The position numbers and the translations under genes are program-made. Below, in pieces: positions 1-8,862 of a DNA stretch of 64,000 bases; position 1 is the first letter of the stretch, and each line of letters begins with the position of its first letter. Source of the stretch: an uncultured Candidatus Saccharibacteria bacterium (GTDB lineage: Bacteria > Patescibacteriota > Minisyncoccia > Phycocordibacterales > Zambryskibacteraceae); NCBI GenBank assembly GCA_964582295.1, contig CAZOQP010000002.1:8563-72562 (forward strand), given 5' to 3'. The notes beneath the pieces were generated by a model. That model had not been told where the DNA came from. It was given only the letters and a program-made list of their open reading frames with translations, and made no database searches.

Positions 1-152
1 AAGGCGGGCAGGCATCTGATGCGTGGTGGAGAATGGTCAATAACAAGATGACGGAAGAGGAGAAAAAACAAACTGCCGAAGATCTAAAAACTTATTGCGG
101 CTTGGATACCCTCGCCATGTACGCTGTGTGGAAACGCCTTTACAACCTGTAG
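1..152 (+). CDS. 3' end of a gene running in from the left, probably a DUF2779/RNase H-like nuclease
   Basis: Frame from nt 3 reads GGQASDAWW...EDLKTYCGLDTLAMYAVWKRLYNL* (TAG 150-152); L..YC..DT.AM resembles the C-terminus of DUF2779-containing proteins. Confidence 0.55.
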   Translation, partial: GGQASDAWWRMVNNKMTEEEKKQTAEDLKTYCGLDTLAMYAVWKRLYNL

Positions 153-163
153 ACACGGAGTGT

Positions 164-841
164 CTACAAGAGGGAGCGAAGTTGGACTTTGAGAGCTTCC
201 AAAGGAACTGCGCCGCTTAGCGGTATCTTCTGACCCTTTGGGCCGATAATTATAGAGTAGGGAGTGCCTGTACCACCTGCCGCAACTGCACTTTGGTAAT
301 CGCTCTCCACTCGCGCCGCTGTTCTGCCGCTTGTGGTGCATTCAATGAAATCTGTGCGGGAAATTCCGGCAGCTTCCGCCATTGAAGGAAGAAGTGTTAG
401 GTCTAAAGTATCATTTGATTTTGTAGTAGCGTAAAGATTATTGGTCATCTCCCAGAAAGCGTCGTTGCCGCCGAGAAGTGCCGCGCATTCAAGTGCCTCT
501 GCTTCAGTGCGGGCTTTTTTGTGGAGACTATCAAGAGGGAAATGGCGGTAAACCCACCTCACTTTACCGCTGAATTCTTTGTCTGCTGTAATACTTAAAA
601 GAGTGGAGTGAAAAACTTTGCAGAATGGGCATTCTGTATCTGAATATTCAATGATAGTAACGGCGGCATTGGCAGGCCCCACAGTGTGGTCGTTTTCATC
701 AACTGCTTTCACTGTTATCTCTTTAGGTACGGGTATTTTTTCGGCAGAGGTATTTACAGGTGTTTTAGAAAGATACAGGCCGCCTCCGATGAAAGCTCCC
801 GCAACGATTATAGACCCTGCAAGCACTAGTGTGTTTTTCAT
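164..841 (-). CDS. DsbA-family thiol:disulfide oxidoreductase with N-terminal membrane anchor
   Basis: EYSDTECPFC CxxC motif, YRHFPL, GTP cis-Pro loop. Confidence 0.9.
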   Translation of the reverse strand: MKNTLVLAGSIIVAGAFIGGGLYLSKTPVNTSAEKIPVPKEITVKAVDENDHTVGPANAAVTIIEYSDTECPFCKVFHSTLLSITADKEFSGKVRWVYRHFPLDSLHKKARTEAEALECAALLGGNDAFWEMTNNLYATTKSNDTLDLTLLPSMAEAAGISRTDFIECTTSGRTAARVESDYQSAVAAGGTGTPYSIIIGPKGQKIPLSGAVPLEALKVQLRSLL

Positions 842-893
842 CCCGTGATTATATCACTCTCGCAATATTACTCACAATCGGGATTTTAAAATC

Positions 894-1298
894 TTAAAAA
901 CGAAGACCCGTCACAGTGACGGGTCTTGGGGGAGCGGCTTTTACGGGCCGGAACTCAAAAATGAAGTTTGGTTCAGTGCCGTGGCGCACCAGGTCGTAGA
1001 GCTCGTTCGGCCTTAGGATTTCGGCAACGAAATTCGGAACAATAGCCCTGATGGGGTGTACACCGGCCGAATCACTTCCCAAGGCCTCCATCTTCACTTC
1101 GGTCATCAGACCATCCCAAGGACGGACAGAAATGATGCGATATTTTCCTGGTTCGAGGGTAAGGGTTGGGTATCTTGGTTGGCTCATGAACCATACCATA
1201 GAGATAAGCCACAAAAGACCGAAACCCCCAAGAAATCCAAGAGTCATACGCTTCTGAAAGCGAGTCCCTACAGGAAGAAGATACGGTGGAACGTGCAT
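894..1298 (-). CDS. hypothetical single-TM protein
   Basis: 134 aa ORF, GAGGAG upstream, one hydrophobic segment; hairpin at 903-927 overlaps its end. Confidence 0.5.
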   Translation of the reverse strand: MHVPPYLLPVGTRFQKRMTLGFLGGFGLLWLISMVWFMSQPRYPTLTLEPGKYRIISVRPWDGLMTEVKMEALGSDSAGVHPIRAIVPNFVAEILRPNELYDLVRHGTEPNFIFEFRPVKAAPPRPVTVTGLRF

Positions 1299-1360
1299 AA
1301 AGCTCCTCGTCTTATTTGTGTGAGAAGGGCCTTTCTGACGATACTATGCCACCAAATGCC

Positions 1361-1936
1361 CTAAAAAGGAAGTGAGTGAGTGAGAGCTGAAGCAGGGGCA
1401 TCTTCCCAACCTTCAGTGCTTACTACGAGCTCGCTTATTCCGTCGCCATGAGGTATTTTCACTTTTTTATGTTTTCGCATGTATTCAAAAAGGTCGCGTG
1501 TTATTTCCACATCCTTGAGGCAATATTCCGTTATAAGATCTATCCGGCCTTCCTTCCACCATTTGATAGCATCAAGACCTTGGCCGGATTTTGAAACGCC
1601 AAGAGTTGCAGAAGCCACATCCTGAAGTTTGATGCGTCTGCCGAGCGAGGCGCTTATGGATTTCATAAGGTCAATACTCCTTATTTTCGTGATGTCTCCA
1701 GGATAATATCTGTTCAAAAGCGGAATATCAAAGTGATCGGAATTGTAGCCCACCAAAGAATCCGCCTTTTCAAAATAGGGCCACATATCTTTGAACTGAT
1801 GCTCCTCAAACGCCCTAAGGGTTTTGGTGGCAGTGTCGTAAATACCTACTATGGAGATGTCTAAAAGAGCCGGGTCGTTTGAGCCGACATCAAAAAATGT
1901 GTTCTTGGTTTCTATATCAAAAATTAACGGAGCCAT
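1361..1936 (-). CDS. DEDD/RNase H-like 3'-5' exonuclease domain protein
   Basis: Probable start MAPLIFDIETK; GYNSDHFDIP and YCLKDVEIT give ExoI/II/III motifs. Confidence 0.8.
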   Translation of the reverse strand: MAPLIFDIETKNTFFDVGSNDPALLDISIVGIYDTATKTLRAFEEHQFKDMWPYFEKADSLVGYNSDHFDIPLLNRYYPGDITKIRSIDLMKSISASLGRRIKLQDVASATLGVSKSGQGLDAIKWWKEGRIDLITEYCLKDVEITRDLFEYMRKHKKVKIPHGDGISELVVSTEGWEDAPASALTHSLPF

Positions 1937-1993
1937 TGCGCAATATTGGTGGAGAGCTCTTTCATGGCTTTGTATTGTAGCAGAAAATGAAAA

Positions 1994-2022
1994 GGAGCCG
2001 AACGACAATTGTCGTTCGGCTC
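1994..2022 (-). terminator. intrinsic terminator hairpin
   Basis: GGAGCCGAACGACA-A-TTGTCGTTCGGCTCC with T-run on the minus strand, downstream of ORF 2043-2669. Confidence 0.6.
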
Positions 2023-2042
2023 CCGGTTGAGCAAGAGCCTTT

Positions 2043-2669
2043 CTACAGAAGACCCTTTTTTCTGTTGAACTCCAGAACCCTCTGGAGTTCAACTTTTGGA
2101 GTGCGTGGGTCCTCATCCTGTGTAAACATATCCATGTAGCGCAAGGCGATGGCAGGGTTTCCGCACAAGGTACGGATAACCTGGCGCACAGTCACGTGGT
2201 GGTACCACGGACTTCTGACCTCTTCCATCTGTCGAAGGAGTTTTCCCGCGTCTGTCCAGCGCGGAATTCCCAGGATCTCATCTCCATCCGCTTGTTTCTC
2301 AACTTTAATACAGTCGCGAAGCTTTCCTTGGATCGATACCGACGATGCAAGGAAAGTTTCCTGGAGATGCAAACCTTCCGGATCGTCTTTATCCTTCTTA
2401 CCGACAGGATTGATTGGTGTGTCGAGGAAAAAAGAGATAGAGAACGGCTCCGACTCCTTTGCGAATTCCCCGATCAGGCGACGGATCGTAGCAGACATTT
2501 TTTCGTCTGACTCCCCAGTTTCCATCGGTAAACGCACTGTGGTCCTCTCGTTCTTCGTGTAGTCGAAATTGAGTATCTCGACTTCTCCATCACCTTGTAT
2601 CCGGAGCGGAGCTGCGCAAAGCGCAAAACTAACGAGGGGTTTGATGAGGGTTTGCACGGGAACCTCCAA
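2043..2669 (-). CDS. hypothetical protein (likely GTG start at 2657)
   Basis: 208 aa ORF; GGAGG before GTG 2657; TTGACT-N16-TATAAT promoter at 2720-2747. Confidence 0.55.
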   Translation of the reverse strand: MEVPVQTLIKPLVSFALCAAPLRIQGDGEVEILNFDYTKNERTTVRLPMETGESDEKMSATIRRLIGEFAKESEPFSISFFLDTPINPVGKKDKDDPEGLHLQETFLASSVSIQGKLRDCIKVEKQADGDEILGIPRWTDAGKLLRQMEEVRSPWYHHVTVRQVIRTLCGNPAIALRYMDMFTQDEDPRTPKVELQRVLEFNRKKGLL

Positions 2670-2799
2670 AATGTGAAAGAGCTAGAGGGTCGCGTGTTTG
2701 CGAAATCCCTTTGTTTTCTATTATAGCATTTATAGTATAAAAGTCAAGTACTTTTTACATATCAAAAATAACGCCTAAACAGAGCCGTTTTTGGGTGCC

Positions 2800-4587
2800 T
2801 TATCTCTCGGCTTTTGAGCGGCCTTGCTGAGAGAGGATTTTTTTGCGAAGTCGCACGGATTTCGGAGTAACTTCCATATATTCGTCGTCCTGCATTATTT
2901 CCATCACGCGTTCTATTGAAAGTTTCCATGCTGGCGCTAAAAATATTCCTTCGTCGGAGCCCGAAGCGCGCATGTTGGTCAATTGTTTTCCTTTTGTCGG
3001 GTTCACATACAAGTCTTCGCCTTTTGAAGTGTTGCCGATAACCTGACCTTCATAAACTTCGTCCGATGGTTCCATATACAAAGTTCCTCTCTGCTGAAGA
3101 TTGTCCAAAGAGAAAGCCAAGCACTTGCCGGGCATCATGGATATCATGGCGCCGACCGCCTGACGCTTTATTTCTCCGGCGTAGGCGCGGAATTCAATGA
3201 AGCGGGATGAAAGAATACCGAGGCCTTTGGTGTCTATGATGAATTGGCCGCGAAAACCAAGAAGTCCGCGCGTAGGCATTTCAAATGTGAGGCGTTCCGT
3301 GGTGCCGCCGTGTTCACTTTTTACATTCATAAGAGAGCCGCGCCTTTCTGTCAGTTTGCCGATTATGGTTCCAGACATTTCTTTTGGCACATCTATAACT
3401 ACTTCTTCAAAAGGTTCGAATTTTACTCCGTCACGCTCCTCGGTGATAACTTCCGGTTCCGAGACCTGCAATTCAAAACCCTCGCGGCGCATATTTTCAA
3501 GAAGGATGCCGATGTGAAGTTCTCCGCGACCAGAAACTTTAAAACGGTCGTTCTCTGAAAAATCCACCTTGAGCCCCACGTTTACCTCTAGCTCTTTTTC
3601 AAGTCGATCGCGTATCTGGCGGGAGGTTACAAACTTTCCTTCACGGCCGCCGAAAGGGGAATCGTTCACCAAAAAGAAAAGGGAAATGGTCGGCTCATCT
3701 ATTTTAATGGCAGGCAATTGAGCCGCATTCTCATCAGTGGAAATGCTTTCGCCGATGAAGATGTCTGGAATGCCGGCTATCATCACGATGTCGCCTTCGC
3801 CTGCGTCATTTGTTTCCAGCCGAGAGATGCCTTCAAATGTGAAAAGCTTGGTAATCTTTCCTTTACGGGTAACACCTTCCGGGTTTTTCACGAAAACATC
3901 CTGACCGGTCCTGAATATTCCTTTATGAATGCGGCAGATGGCCATGCGCCCCAGGAAATTGTCATAAGCCAGGTTGAACGGCTGAGCAATGCCCGCTTCC
4001 GTATTTTCTTTTCCGCCAGAGGGTTTTACTTCTTCAATAATAGTATCTAAAAGGGGAGTGAGGTCGTTTGAAGTGTCTTCCATTTTTCTTTTTGCCCAAC
4101 CTTCGCGCCCAACTGCAAAAAGAGTAGTGAAATTGCACTGATCGTCTGTGGCTCCAAGTTCCAGGAAAAGCTCCAACACTTCGTTCTCCACATCTTTTAT
4201 GCGGGCCGCCGGCTTGTCTATTTTATTTATGATGACTATCGGCTTGAGGCCGAGCTCAAGGGATTTTTTCAGTACGAAGCGGGTTTGAGGCATGGGGCCT
4301 TCCTGTGCATCAACAACCAAAAGCACAGTGTCTACCGCACGAAGCACGCGTTCCACTTCAGATCCGAAATCCTGGTGGCCCGGAGTATCTACGATGTTTA
4401 TTTTCGTGTCTTTGTAGCGGATGGAGCAGTTTTTGGAATAAATAGTAATACCGCGCTCTTTTTCTAGGGCGTTTGAGTCCATGGATGTGCCCTCGGCGAC
4501 AGCCCCCGTTTGCTTCAAAATAGCATCGGTAAGGGTGGTCTTTCCGTGGTCCACGTGCGCGATAATTGCAATATTTCTTATTTCCAT
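2800..4587 (-). CDS. typA: translational GTPase TypA/BipA
   Basis: [40 protein letters not shown]. Confidence 0.97.
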   Translation of the reverse strand: MEIRNIAIIAHVDHGKTTLTDAILKQTGAVAEGTSMDSNALEKERGITIYSKNCSIRYKDTKINIVDTPGHQDFGSEVERVLRAVDTVLLVVDAQEGPMPQTRFVLKKSLELGLKPIVIINKIDKPAARIKDVENEVLELFLELGATDDQCNFTTLFAVGREGWAKRKMEDTSNDLTPLLDTIIEEVKPSGGKENTEAGIAQPFNLAYDNFLGRMAICRIHKGIFRTGQDVFVKNPEGVTRKGKITKLFTFEGISRLETNDAGEGDIVMIAGIPDIFIGESISTDENAAQLPAIKIDEPTISLFFLVNDSPFGGREGKFVTSRQIRDRLEKELEVNVGLKVDFSENDRFKVSGRGELHIGILLENMRREGFELQVSEPEVITEERDGVKFEPFEEVVIDVPKEMSGTIIGKLTERRGSLMNVKSEHGGTTERLTFEMPTRGLLGFRGQFIIDTKGLGILSSRFIEFRAYAGEIKRQAVGAMISMMPGKCLAFSLDNLQQRGTLYMEPSDEVYEGQVIGNTSKGEDLYVNPTKGKQLTNMRASGSDEGIFLAPAWKLSIERVMEIMQDDEYMEVTPKSVRLRKKILSQQGRSKAER

Positions 4588-4675
4588 AAAAGCGGCGCGC
4601 CCTAAAGCGCGCGAGTCAAGCCGACATACTAACACAAAAATTGTCACCAAGGCAAGTGTGCGGTAAAATGAATGT

Positions 4676-4906
4676 ATGCCAACAGGAGATATTCTCACCA
4701 TTCCCAATGTTCCAGCCGAGATTATATCTGGAGGGCTGACAGGTTTCTTTATTTTATTTCTGGTTGGATATGCCGTAGTGGCAGCGGTTCTGGTTTACCA
4801 CTGGCAAAAATATGGAGGTAGGACTAGGAGGATATTCATAGTGGAGACTTTATTCATTACCGTCTCCGTTCTTTTCTCCGCTATCGCATTTTTCGCCATA
4901 CCATAA
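4676..4906 (+). CDS. small two-TM hypothetical protein
   Basis: 76 aa; TAAAAT 6 nt before ATG; YHW..YG motif. Confidence 0.6.
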   Translation: MPTGDILTIPNVPAEIISGGLTGFFILFLVGYAVVAAVLVYHWQKYGGRTRRIFIVETLFITVSVLFSAIAFFAIP

Positions 4907-4916
4907 AAGCCAAAAC

Positions 4917-5456
4917 ATGCTCAATCTTGATCCAAATGAAACGATAGTTCTCGAGGTGCATAGGCACTGGTATGTCCTCATGCCGCGCATGTGCCTCGTA
5001 TTTTTCCTTGCTATCGCTCCGGCTATCTTTTCGTCCGTCCTATCCGCGACAACTCCCGTCCATATCTCGGAGCTTCTTTTCTCAAGCAGTACTTTCATTT
5101 ACATGCTCTGGCTGTTGCTTCTCTGGATATCATTCTTCATTACCTGGACCAACTATTATCTTGATGTCTGGTTCGTAACCGAAAAACGCATAATATCTAT
5201 TGATCAGGTTAGTATTTTTCACCGCAGGATCTCGAACTTGCGTTTCGACAAGATCCAGGACGTTTCCATAGAGATGAAGGGCGTCATGCAGACCATGCTC
5301 AAATTCGGAGATATTCACATCAGGACAGCGGGTGATGCCAGTGAGAATTTCTTTTTCAAAAACGCGGAAAATCCAGATGATGTGAGACGTATAATCTTTG
5401 AACATCATGCTGATGCTCTAGATAATACCCGCTCTTCAACCGTTCGCACAGAATAA
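4917..5456 (+). CDS. membrane-flanked bacterial PH (bPH_2) domain protein
   Basis: Two TMs then YYLDVWFVTEKRII, KIQDVS, FGDIHIRTAG. Confidence 0.8.
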   Translation: MLNLDPNETIVLEVHRHWYVLMPRMCLVFFLAIAPAIFSSVLSATTPVHISELLFSSSTFIYMLWLLLLWISFFITWTNYYLDVWFVTEKRIISIDQVSIFHRRISNLRFDKIQDVSIEMKGVMQTMLKFGDIHIRTAGDASENFFFKNAENPDDVRRIIFEHHADALDNTRSSTVRTE

Positions 5457-5474
5457 ACCTGTGCATTTTCCAAA

Positions 5475-6092
5475 ATGTTATTGATTGATAAACCAAAAGG
5501 CATGACGTCTTACGATGTCATACGTGTTCTCAAGAAAAAATATCCGGGACAAAAAATAGGCCACGCCGGAACTCTTGATCCGAACGCTACAGGGCTTCTC
5601 ATTGTTGCAGTGGGGAAGGAGACGAAAGAGCTTACGAAACTTTTGAAGCTTGATAAAGAATATGACGCGGTTATAGAACTGGGAGTAAAAACAGATACGG
5701 GGGACTGCGACGGAAAAATAATCGCCACTGCACCTGTTCCAAAATTAACAATGGATGTGGTGTTGGGGGCCGCGCAAGCTCTAGTGGGGTCTTATGAACA
5801 TGTTGTCCCCATCTTTTCCGCAATTAAGCAGGGAGGGGAGCCGCTGTACAAAAAAGCCAGAAGGGGAGATAATGTAGTGGCGCCGAGGCGAGTGATGAAA
5901 GTTTTCTCGGCAACGCCCGTCGTACTTGATACCCCATGTGTAACGATACGCTTCTCGGTTGCAAGCGGAACGTACATAAGGAGTCTCGCCGAAACATTCG
6001 GTGAGAAGCTCGGAACTTTAGCAACCGTACGAGATCTGCGACGCACCCAAATAGGGGGTTTTCGCGTCACAGAGGCTCAAAATATTCTTTGA
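5475..6092 (+). CDS. truB: tRNA pseudouridine-55 synthase (short form)
   Basis: IDKPKGMTS, GHAGTLDP, GTYIRSLA, LRRTQIG. Confidence 0.95.
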   Translation: MLLIDKPKGMTSYDVIRVLKKKYPGQKIGHAGTLDPNATGLLIVAVGKETKELTKLLKLDKEYDAVIELGVKTDTGDCDGKIIATAPVPKLTMDVVLGAAQALVGSYEHVVPIFSAIKQGGEPLYKKARRGDNVVAPRRVMKVFSATPVVLDTPCVTIRFSVASGTYIRSLAETFGEKLGTLATVRDLRRTQIGGFRVTEAQNIL

Positions 6093-6185
6093 AAACCGTT
6101 CGATGGTGCTTAAGGCACACCTGACTCTCCGGAGGAAGGTGTGCTTCTGTGTCTCACAAGTTTCCCTGGTCATCTTAATTTTTAG

Positions 6186-6212
6186 TGTAAGAAAACCCCC
6201 TAACCCACGTCT
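6186..6212 (+). promoter_or_regulatory. putative ECF-sigma promoter GTAA-N17-CGTC (autoregulatory)
   Basis: tGTAA(6187-6190)-17 nt-CGTC(6208-6211), 3 nt before the sigma ATG. Confidence 0.6.
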
Positions 6213-6214
6213 AT

Positions 6215-6742
6215 ATGCCAAGAAGCAGCGAAGAAAATAACTTTTTAGCCTCCTACGACGCCTACTCGGACGCTATTTTCCGCTTTTGCTATTTCAAAAC
6301 CAGGGAGTATGAACTTGCGAGAGATTTGACCCAGGATACCTTTATGAAGGCCTGGGACTATATCTCCAAAGATAAGGTAGTGGCCAATATGCGGGCATTT
6401 CTTTACCGCATTGCCACCAACCTTGTGATCGACTGGTATCGCAAAGGCAAAACAGAATCTCTTGAGGATCTTGCCGAAACCGGCTTTGATCCGGCCGACC
6501 CGTGCATCAATCAAGCCGACCAGGCGGAAATATCCTGGGCAATGAAGCTTCTTCACAAGCTTCCAGAAGAAGAGCAGACCCTTATCACGCTTCGATACGT
6601 GGAGGGTCTTTCCCCGCGCGAGATCGCAGAGCAGATAGGTGACATCAAAGAAAACGTAGTTTCCGTGCGAATTCACCGTGCCATGAAAAAATTAAAAACC
6701 CTCATTAGCGAAGGAACAAACAACACGCAATATAGCCCATGA
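6215..6742 (+). CDS. ECF (sigma-70 group 4) RNA polymerase sigma factor
   Basis: Region 2 ARDLTQDTFMKAW..FLYRIATNLVIDWYRK; region 4 LRYVEGLSPREIAE..VSVRIHRA. Confidence 0.93.
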   Translation: MPRSSEENNFLASYDAYSDAIFRFCYFKTREYELARDLTQDTFMKAWDYISKDKVVANMRAFLYRIATNLVIDWYRKGKTESLEDLAETGFDPADPCINQADQAEISWAMKLLHKLPEEEQTLITLRYVEGLSPREIAEQIGDIKENVVSVRIHRAMKKLKTLISEGTNNTQYSP

Positions 6743-6939
6743 ACATAAACACACAAACGCAAACAAACGAAAAAATAGACTCGTACTTTAGAACCCTTCA
6801 GGGGGTTTCTTTTTTATGTAACGATAAAGCGAATGTTCGCAATCGTCTTATCGCAGAGATGCAGATAAATGCACGTAGAGAAGAAGCTTCTTATTTTCCA
6901 GTGCTCAATTTCCTATTTAAGTTTCTTCATAACAAATAG
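6739..6939 (+). CDS. small protein coupled to the ECF sigma gene (possible anti-sigma or remnant)
   Basis: 66 aa, ATGA overlap with sigma stop. Confidence 0.5.
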   Translation: MNINTQTQTNEKIDSYFRTLQGVSFLCNDKANVRNRLIAEMQINARREEASYFPVLNFLFKFLHNK

Positions 6940-6984
6940 TAAATAACAAAACCCCCAGGATTATCCTGGGGGTTTTGTTATTTA
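6940..6984. terminator. bidirectional terminator between convergent units
   Basis: Perfect 22-bp inverted repeat TAAATAACAAAACCCCCAGGAT-T-ATCCTGGGGGTTTTGTTATTTA. Confidence 0.85.
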
Positions 6985-7143
6985 TTCCTGCCGCGCTTCC
7001 TCCCTTGCGTGCTCCGTGTCATTCTTTGCGTCGTCGGCTTCTTTGCGTGCTGCCTCGGCCTCATCTTCTTTCTCGTCCGCTATCACTTCGCGCGCCGCTT
7101 GTATATCTTCTGTGGCCTCCTCTATATTATCTTTGTCTGCCAT
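6982..7143 (-). CDS. 53 aa highly acidic Ala/Glu/Asp-rich micro-protein (not in ORF track)
   Basis: MADKDNIEEATEDIQAAREVIADEKEDEAEAARKEADDAKNDTEHAREEARQE*; starts 2 nt after the upstream stop and ends at the terminator. Confidence 0.65.
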   Translation of the reverse strand: MADKDNIEEATEDIQAAREVIADEKEDEAEAARKEADDAKNDTEHAREEARQE

Positions 7144-7145
7144 TG

Positions 7146-7322
7146 TTACATTCTTCCTCTTGAGCGGCCGCTCATGCTGCTGTTGCGGCTTGAGCTTGCT
7201 CGTGAGGATGATGAAGAACCTTGACTGCGGGAGGAGCTTCGGCGCCCGTTCCTAGTTGAGGAGGCATTTTTCTTGTTAGTTTTTGAGCGGCTGTCATTGG
7301 AGCTGTTTCTGTTTGATGCCAT
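7146..7322 (-). CDS. 58 aa Ser/Arg-rich basic micro-protein (not in ORF track)
   Basis: MASNRNSSNDSRSKTNKKNASSTRNGRRSSSRSQGSSSSSRASSSRNSSMSGRSRGRM*; ECF-like promoter upstream. Confidence 0.65.
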   Translation of the reverse strand: MASNRNSSNDSRSKTNKKNASSTRNGRRSSSRSQGSSSSSRASSSRNSSMSGRSRGRM

Positions 7323-7371
7323 GTGTATTTTTGTACTTTGTTAGCTTATAACTTTCCGCGAATATTGTTTG

Positions 7372-7398
7372 AGACGATTTCGTTATTTGTTTCTTACA
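7372..7398 (-). promoter_or_regulatory. putative ECF-sigma promoter GTAA-N17-CGTC
   Basis: Minus strand tGTAAgaaacaaataacgaaatCGTCt. Confidence 0.6.
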
Positions 7399-7410
7399 GC
7401 TCTGCAACAC

Positions 7411-8043
7411 TTACACCTCTTCATCAACTCCTACGAATTCCGTAAACACCACTATTCTTTCGTCGTACATTCTTTGTGCCGGCATCCAGTCTCCGGTGCA
7501 AGTAATGAGATTCAGATGCGTTCCGTCTGACGAGAATACTTCTGCAGGTGCATCCTCGTAATCGTAACTTTTCTTTTTGGTTACCTTGAATTGAAAGACC
7601 GTGCCGTCTTCATCCACTATCTTCACAATGTCTCCCTCCACGAGTTTTTCCAGGTCATAGAAGACCGCCCGGGGTGTATTCCTGCCGTCCAGGTGCCCCG
7701 CTAAGACGGCGCTACCTTGTTCTCCGGGTCTCGGCCCCTCTTTGTACCAGGCGACATCCGTGTAGTTGGTTGGTATTCCCATATCTCCGTCCGCGGTGAG
7801 GCCCACATGCTGTACTTTTGTGTCCACTCCTATTTTAGGAATGATGAGCCGGGCGGGGAGGCCGGGCTTCTCTTCGGGATCTATATAACGAGAAGCGAGG
7901 GGCGCTTGAGGCCCCTCGCTTGTCGTTGTGATCTCGCTCCAGCGTGCCTGAAGGATTATGCTTCCTCCGACAGCTGCTACACCGATTACCCCAAGGATGA
8001 GAAGCCGCGCCCAGGATGACTTCACTCTTGAGTATTTTATCAT
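7411..8043 (-). CDS. class F sortase
   Basis: N-terminal TM; PARLIIPKIGV, VAWY..GPRPG..GSAVLAGH (His), LNLITC (Cys), ERIVV (Arg). Confidence 0.9.
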   Translation of the reverse strand: MIKYSRVKSSWARLLILGVIGVAAVGGSIILQARWSEITTTSEGPQAPLASRYIDPEEKPGLPARLIIPKIGVDTKVQHVGLTADGDMGIPTNYTDVAWYKEGPRPGEQGSAVLAGHLDGRNTPRAVFYDLEKLVEGDIVKIVDEDGTVFQFKVTKKKSYDYEDAPAEVFSSDGTHLNLITCTGDWMPAQRMYDERIVVFTEFVGVDEEV

Positions 8044-8076
8044 CGGTTTAGGTCATTGATCGTTCTTTCAACTTTT

Positions 8077-8691
8077 CTATTGTGCTGATGCTCCGCCTCC
8101 AGTGTTTGGAAGACCTGGGATATTTACTACGTTGCCGACGACATTAATCGTACAGCTTGCCGATTCAGAGCCGCTCGTAACTGTGATCATACGGGTTCCT
8201 CCTGACGGGTAGCTTACATTGAAGCTTGTGCCTGTCGGGTTGATGACGACCAAGTTCTGGCCGGACCATGTGTAGAAGCCGTTACCGCCTGATGCGGAGA
8301 AGGTCACTGACTGACCAGCGTTGGCTGTCTGAACAGAAGGGCTGCAGGCTAGAGTGCCTGTGTTGGTGCCTGTGCCTGTCACCACGATGTTACAGGTGGC
8401 TGATTGGGTGCCACTAGCTACAGTGATGGTGTAGTTGCCGGCAGTGGAGTAGCTTACGTTAAGCACTCCGCCGCTAACACTCGACACATTGCCGCCGGGA
8501 GCTGCAAATGTGAATGAGCCGGTGCCGCCTGTGGCGACGATAGTTGCCGTCTGGCCGACGCTCACGGACTGGCCGGGATTACACGAGAGAACAGGTACTG
8601 TCTGCGCGAAGCTGACCGTTCCCACGCTCAACAGAAGTGCGATGGCAATCATCGCCGCTCCGGTCGTAAGGAATCTCTTTTGAGTTATCAT
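8077..8691 (-). CDS. secreted protein with two PKD/Ig-like repeats and C-terminal LPNTG
   Basis: Signal peptide ending VSFA; two ~80 aa Thr/Gly/Ser-rich repeats, each with a Cys pair; ends IPGLPNTGGGASAQ*. Confidence 0.8.
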   Translation of the reverse strand: MITQKRFLTTGAAMIAIALLLSVGTVSFAQTVPVLSCNPGQSVSVGQTATIVATGGTGSFTFAAPGGNVSSVSGGVLNVSYSTAGNYTITVASGTQSATCNIVVTGTGTNTGTLACSPSVQTANAGQSVTFSASGGNGFYTWSGQNLVVINPTGTSFNVSYPSGGTRMITVTSGSESASCTINVVGNVVNIPGLPNTGGGASAQ

Positions 8692-8756
8692 GATTTTCTT
8701 CTTTAATTTACTTGTAATGATTACGGGTATTGCAGAGTTTACCTCTGTATAACGTA

Positions 8757-8783
8757 TGACGAGGTAACAATTTAAAAATTACG
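8757..8783 (-). promoter_or_regulatory. putative ECF-sigma promoter GTAA-N17-CGTC
   Basis: Minus strand cGTAAtttttaaattgttacctCGTCa upstream of the LPNTG gene. Confidence 0.55.
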
Positions 8784-8807
8784 GATGAGAGCATGGGGGA
8801 ACACATT

Positions 8808-8852
8808 AAAAAAGCCCCGTACCAGAGCAAAGCTCGGTACGGGGCTTTTTTA
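8808..8852. terminator. intrinsic terminator
   Basis: AAAAAAGCCCCGTACC...GGTACGGGGCTTTTTT. Confidence 0.75.
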
Positions 8853-8862
8853 ATTCTGTTTA

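Noticed and set aside
4588-4707. Long N-terminal extensions in the ORF track (typA; also 1361-2116, pbp2, mraZ, M23 peptidase)
   Set aside because: They overlap neighbouring genes; downstream ATGs match family N-termini and promoter spacing
6975-7255. Three plus-strand ORFs (6975, 7009, 7016)
   Set aside because: Antisense shadows of the two minus-strand low-complexity micro-ORFs; they start at or beyond the terminator
8044-8079. Stop readthrough fusing the LPNTG protein to a TM or to the sortase
   Set aside because: TAG is followed by an in-frame TGA two codons later, and no hydrophobic tail is encoded in the gap
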